Source: Paraspadella gotoi (taxonomy: Eukaryota > Animalia > Chaetognatha). Taken from it: 64,000 bases of DNA. The translations under genes were made by a program, and so were the position numbers. The stretch is taken from the NCBI GenBank assembly GCA_051294375.1, contig CM119265.1:6271489-6335488 (forward strand), written 5' to 3'. Shown here one piece after another: positions 58,899 through 64,000 of this stretch. The notes below the pieces were generated by a model that saw nothing but the letters and a program-made list of their open reading frames with translations, did no database searches and had not been told where the DNA came from. How positions within the stretch are numbered: the stretch's first letter is position 1; the number at the start of each line of letters is the position of its first letter.

Positions 58899-61625
58899 AA
58901 AGATGAGAGGAGAAGAGAGAGAAGAAGAGAGAGAGAGGGAGCCACCGCTGCANNNNNNNNNNNNNNNNNNNNNNNNNCGCTGACAACGTGCGCTCCATGA
59001 GCCGTCACCATATGACAGACTGGGATTTCGCTGGAGATAAATCAATTTGGTTTTCGTCAAATTTTTCGGGTTTGTGTATTTGTAGCGGGGGTGAAGCTGC
59101 ATCCCATATTATTATCGGGGGAGAGGTTTGAGTGAAGAGGCTTGCTCGTTAGCTGTTCCATGATATAAAGCGAGAAACCTTGGCCCATCGGGAAATGCTA
59201 ATCCAGAATAAAACTTCCATTTATCATTCTTTATTAGGCGACCGAATTATCTATAAATAGAACATCCATCTTTGGACTTATGAAACAAGTTTAGTAATTC
59301 CGCCGTCGGTAAAATAATCGGTCAAAATCGAGACAGTTGCTGAGTAAGGGAAGATAATTTTAAGCTGAAGCGGAAAGCAATTTTCAATACCAGTTTTTCC
59401 AGTTTGCTCTCCTCTCGGTCGAGCGGAAGCCTTTAAACATAAAGAAAAAACAGCCATGTAATTGTTTTCCTTCTTTATTGTACGTATTTTTTTTTTAAAT
59501 TTTTAAAGATATTTAAACAAAACAGAAGCCAAGCGGCTTAATATTCGAAAAATAGTTTTATTGACAATAAGGCGATCGCAATCAACGCTGAGATACGTAA
59601 AAGATTTGAGCTGAAATGGAAGGAGAATCCTATGAATCAGCAAAACCTGACATCAGGTGCGTTAAAAAGTAAGATATGTATTAGTTACAGAAAGAAAGAG
59701 AGAAGAGAAGATGCAGAGGAGAGAGAAGGAGAGAGATGAGGAGAAGGACAGACGCCAGAGCATACCTGATGATACGAAACTAGAGGAGATCAACTCTTGC
59801 ATCGGTATACGCGCGCCCTGAGGCTAGCGACAGCAACCATGAGAGAAGAGAGAGACGAGAGAGATAAAATAAATAAATAAAAAATTAAACACCTATGCAA
59901 CGTCTATGTTGAAACGGTCAGAAATTCGTTTTAATCCGAAAACTGACTCTAGACTTTCCTCTGAAACTTAAAATTAAAATCCAAATCCCTCTGGAGTCGA
60001 AAGACTTAATTTGCAAATCCGGCGCGTCAGACTTCGCGTTAAATCGTTCACGTGGAGAGGTGAACGATCTCTCTGCTTCCTCTTCTCTTCTCTCCTCTCT
60101 CTCTCTCCTTCCTCTTCTCTCCTCTCCTCTCTCTCACTCTCTCTCACTCTCTCTCACTCAATGCCTCCTTGCTAAGATTTCGCGTTGCCTCGAAAAAAAA
60201 AAAAGCGAGAAAAAGTTAAAAAAAGAAAAAAAGAAAAAAAAAAAGAGAGAAAAATCCAAGGTTGGAAAAGCGTCGAGAAGCAAAATAGCGAAGAGTCCCT
60301 CGCATAAATGATGAGAAGTTATTGGACTAGAGGGAGTCGGCGCGAGGGGTTATACGACTTTGAGAAGATGATGGGGATGGTGAGGCGGAGAGGGGTGCTG
60401 GAGTTCAGGAGATGGGATTGAGGACTTTGGGCTGGATAAAGTGAGGTTGGGAATAATTGTAGAACGGAGTTGGGCCTGCGTTTAACAATGAAAAGACGGT
60501 TTTGTTTTAATAGAGAGAAAAAGATTCCACAAGACTTTGGGTTCGAGGTGGAGAACTGAGAAGAATTATGGTAAGTAACCAGGATGTTTGACCTTTTTCG
60601 GTTTTGTTGAATGAGGTCGATCAGGCTTTTGAGTCAGGTTGGCAAGTGAGGTGCGAAAGAAGAGAGGTCACAAACGAATAGGACTGAAATTAAGGGGACG
60701 AGAGGGGTTTAAGTTGAGAAAAAGTATAGAATCGGAAGCGGGGATCAAATATTTGGGCGACTGATGAGACTTTGGTTCTGACCATGGTTCTGGCTGGGAA
60801 GCAGACCCGCTTTCTGTCATTCTGTCGCTCAGTCACTCTGTCATTCTGTCATTCTGTCCCTCATACTAAACTGTTATAATATATCGCAAAGTTGACACGG
60901 AAAACAGACATTGTATTCTCAGTTGTGACCCTGGCTTATTGAGTTATGCTCTTTACCAATAGGTGGCGGCCAAGAAAACCCAAAAGTCTTGTTCCCAACG
61001 CGGCACCCGTTCACTAACGCCTTATTGATTGCGATTGAGAGATTTTGATTAATTTACGGTGCTAAAAATGTTAAGGCAATTAAAAATAAAAATAAAAGAC
61101 TAAAGACGATTTTAGCGAAATATTAGAAGAGTCGAGAATTGGGGAGAGATGAAAAAAAAATTCAGTCGCTAGCGGAGGCCCGTAAGTAACTTAATCTCCA
61201 CCCGATGGATGACGGATACAGAATCCAATTTGATGAAAAAAAAAAAACTTAATCCGAATCATAATTACGAAATGACGAAGAATGAAGTGAGTCAAGTGAC
61301 TGAGGAGAGAGAGGTCCCCATGACCCTGTGACGGTACAATCCGGCTACCAGTGTCCGAACGGGTCCGATTTTAGCCTTTAGACCAGTACTAGAACGGGCA
61401 AACACTGAATTCGGAGATGGAGACGTTAGTCCCATTGCGTCATCACGACGTCGAGAGTTGGAACCAGAAGTCGGTAGAAAGTCGTTGAAAATACCACGAG
61501 GGTGAAAATGAGAGAGATGGAGTGGGCGGCGAGTGAGAGTGGCTGCCGCTTGAGACGCCAGCGAGAAAATCGAGTGGGTGAGGTTAATCGTTGATGGCGA
61601 CGATCGGTGAACTTTTCCAGGCCTC

Positions 61626-61719
61626 ATGGACGCGAAGATGAGACGACGTGGGACGAAGAGACGAAGAGAAGTGGATTCGACGTCGGATTCAGACTTCGGA
61701 AGTCGACGAGCGAGAAATG
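61626..61719 (+). CDS. Possible first coding exon of a downstream gene (MDAKMRRRGTKRRREVDSTSDSDFGSRRARN)
   Basis: acttttccag acceptor at 61620, ATG at 61626, consensus G|gtgagt donor; no further exons recognised. Confidence 0.25.
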
Positions 61720-62501
61720 GTGAGTTAAGGGGATGGAAAAAAGATAGGTGAGGTTTTTGCTTTTCGCTTACTTGTTTTACTGCATTTTTTAGGGCTTTAT
61801 TTTTTTTTTTTGTCCTAGATTAATTGACAAAGTCCGATGCTGCCTAATTCAGAGAGTAGTGGTAATTAACAAACCGTCATCTGCTTTTCAATGTTTGGGA
61901 AAATTATGTGCCTTATTATGACTAAGTATTTACATTTTAAGACTTTGAAGTCCCGGAAAAAGTACTTGACCAGATTTAAAACGATATTTCCGAGAGAGAG
62001 AGAAAGTAAGTTGCTGTTGCCGCCGCCGCCGCCGCCGCCGCCGTTTTTCCCGCGCAAAATCGATGAAAAAAGGGGCGGAATTCCTCGGCCGAAGGGAGGA
62101 GGCGGAATCAAGGCCGCTCACGACTCTGGCTTCGATCTTTACCTCAGTTAAAGGTTTTATTGGGGATTTTTATGGTGCGGAGTTTTTCGACGGGTTTTTA
62201 GGGCGGGGGGGGGCGGGGGTGGTCTGAGTTTTAACGAGGGTTTTAGCCGGGTTTTATTGCGGATTTTTTTTTGTAGGTTTCAATGCAGGATTAAAATTTA
62301 AGCCGTTACCCCGAGTAGTTAATTAATTTAATTATTCTTTCTACCCTACCAGTATCACATATTTCTATTTAAAATCAGCATCAGCAGATATTATGTATCG
62401 CCAACGGCGATTCGCTTACCCCTCCTATGATCATGGGTAGATCCGAAAATGTTTGTTCAAACTTGTTTTGACTGCCAGTCGGCATACAACCTTATAAAGA
62501 A

Positions 62502-62804
62502 TTCATTACCAGATTGACCAGATTGGATCTCAATTCATTGACCAGATTGGATCTCAATTCATTGACCAGATTGGATCTCAATTCATTGACCAGATTGACC
62601 AGATTGGATCTCAATTCATTGACCAGATTGACCATATTGGATCTCAATTCATTGACCAGATTGACCATATTGGATCTCAATTCATTGACCAGATTGGATC
62701 TCAATTCATTGACCAGATTGGATCTCTATTCATTGACCAGATTGACAAGATTGGATCTCTATTCATTGACCAGATTGACCATATTGGATCTCATTTCATT
62801 GACC
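62502..62804. repeat. Minisatellite of 24/33-bp units built from attgaccag and attggatctcaattc
   Basis: About 10 directly visible tandem units. Confidence 0.95.
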
Positions 62805-64000
62805 GTTTAATTTTGAAGCGAATAAAGCAGAGCAAAGGCTTTTCATCAATTTTCAAAGGAGCAAACGCCATAGACGAAAACGAAGCCCGGTTTCGCGCCA
62901 TCATGGCCCCGAGGACGACGACGACGACGACGACGATAATGTCGATGACGTCGACCTCCGCGTGATTAATTTCATAAAATTTGCATCAAAAGCGATAAAT
63001 TTGTCGACAAAAAAAATAAAAATAAAAAACTTTTTTAAAAGCTCGGGGAAAACGGATCGTTAAAAATGAAAGATCTTCAGGGGATGAAATAAATAATCAT
63101 TACTACGAAATCTTTTTCAGATTAGGTGAAGGAAAGGATAAGGAATGAAATGCAAATATGCAAATGTATCCCTTTCTCTGTATTTTTTTTTTTTTTTTTT
63201 TGCAGAACGTGTTGGCAAAATAATAATAGGATTGTTTTGTCTCGCTTAAAGTCAAATGGCACGAGGCGTCCAATTACTCAAATAGTAGATAGATACGTGA
63301 GTAGCGATACTTATTTTTCGAGTGCAAATCGGCTGACGATTAAAGCGAGAGAGAGACGTAGAGTGTCAAATTTAAGAGAGAGTACGATAAAGTTTTCGCC
63401 TTTCTCTAAACCGGATCTCGATTTCTCGCGCCCCTAATTTTTTTTTTTCCGCGTTCATTAATTATCGACTCTAGCTAGGCAGAGATCATTGCCCTGATCA
63501 AGTTTTTGACTTTTTTCGTAAGTTCCATTTTATAACCAAATTCTTTCATCAGAAAAGACGTTTCTCTAACTCTAAGCAACGCCAGTTCCAATTTGAAGAA
63601 AATATTTCAAAAACTGGCCTGCCTTACGTTTCAAGTCTACAACCACTTATGATACGTCCATTACTAATTTCAACTCAACTTTTTGCTCAACGTTTTTGCT
63701 GATGATCCTGTTTGCAAACCTTCTCTTTACCCGACCCCTCGTCTCATTTATAACTCGGGACACACCTCGCTCCCGTTGCATACAACTCAACCAGCTCACC
63801 TCACCCGCCGGCCCTCACCCTCGAAGCGAAGACAGAATTAATCGGGTAATTAATTCACTTTTTCTTCTTCATTCGCGTGAAACCCAAAAGAAAACGTCAT
63901 TTTCGCGTCAGAAAATTTCTCCTGGTTTTTTTTCTCCTTTTGTTTTTCCCAAAAAGGAATTAAGATTTCATGTTTCGTATTATTTTTTTTTTATTTTTTT

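Noticed and set aside
62502-62804. CRISPR-like array or LRR gene
   Set aside because: Repeats are contiguous with no unique spacers, there are no cas genes, the context is eukaryotic, and no splice signals or start support coding.

Overview
Eukaryotic (metazoan, probably arthropod-like) draft-assembly DNA, very rich in (AG/CT)n and (GTC/GAC)n microsatellites, with many N gaps. One + strand multi-exon gene dominates the window (about 9.3-53.4 kb). I reconstructed 22 coding exons by hand from AG/GT boundaries and phase matching; most are missed by the ORF track. The product is a type I membrane protein of about 1260+ aa: N-terminal hydrophobic signal, five CUB domains, one degenerate LDLa module, one TM helix and a long low-complexity cytoplasmic tail ending in a class I PDZ-binding motif (ESTI). 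This is the domain order of C. elegans LEV-10, with SOL-1/Neto-like features; orthology is not established. One exon is partly in a gap and one carries a frameshift. A 6.1-6.4 kb five-exon block, a roughly 2 kb 3' block and one further exon region appear twice, mostly next to 25-N gaps, and are most likely haplotype or long-read gap-filling artefacts. The rest consists of a MITE-like hairpin, a small dispersed repeat family, minisatellites, tRNA-like SINE fragments and a possible first exon of a downstream gene. I see no prokaryotic, CRISPR, rRNA or autonomous transposon features.
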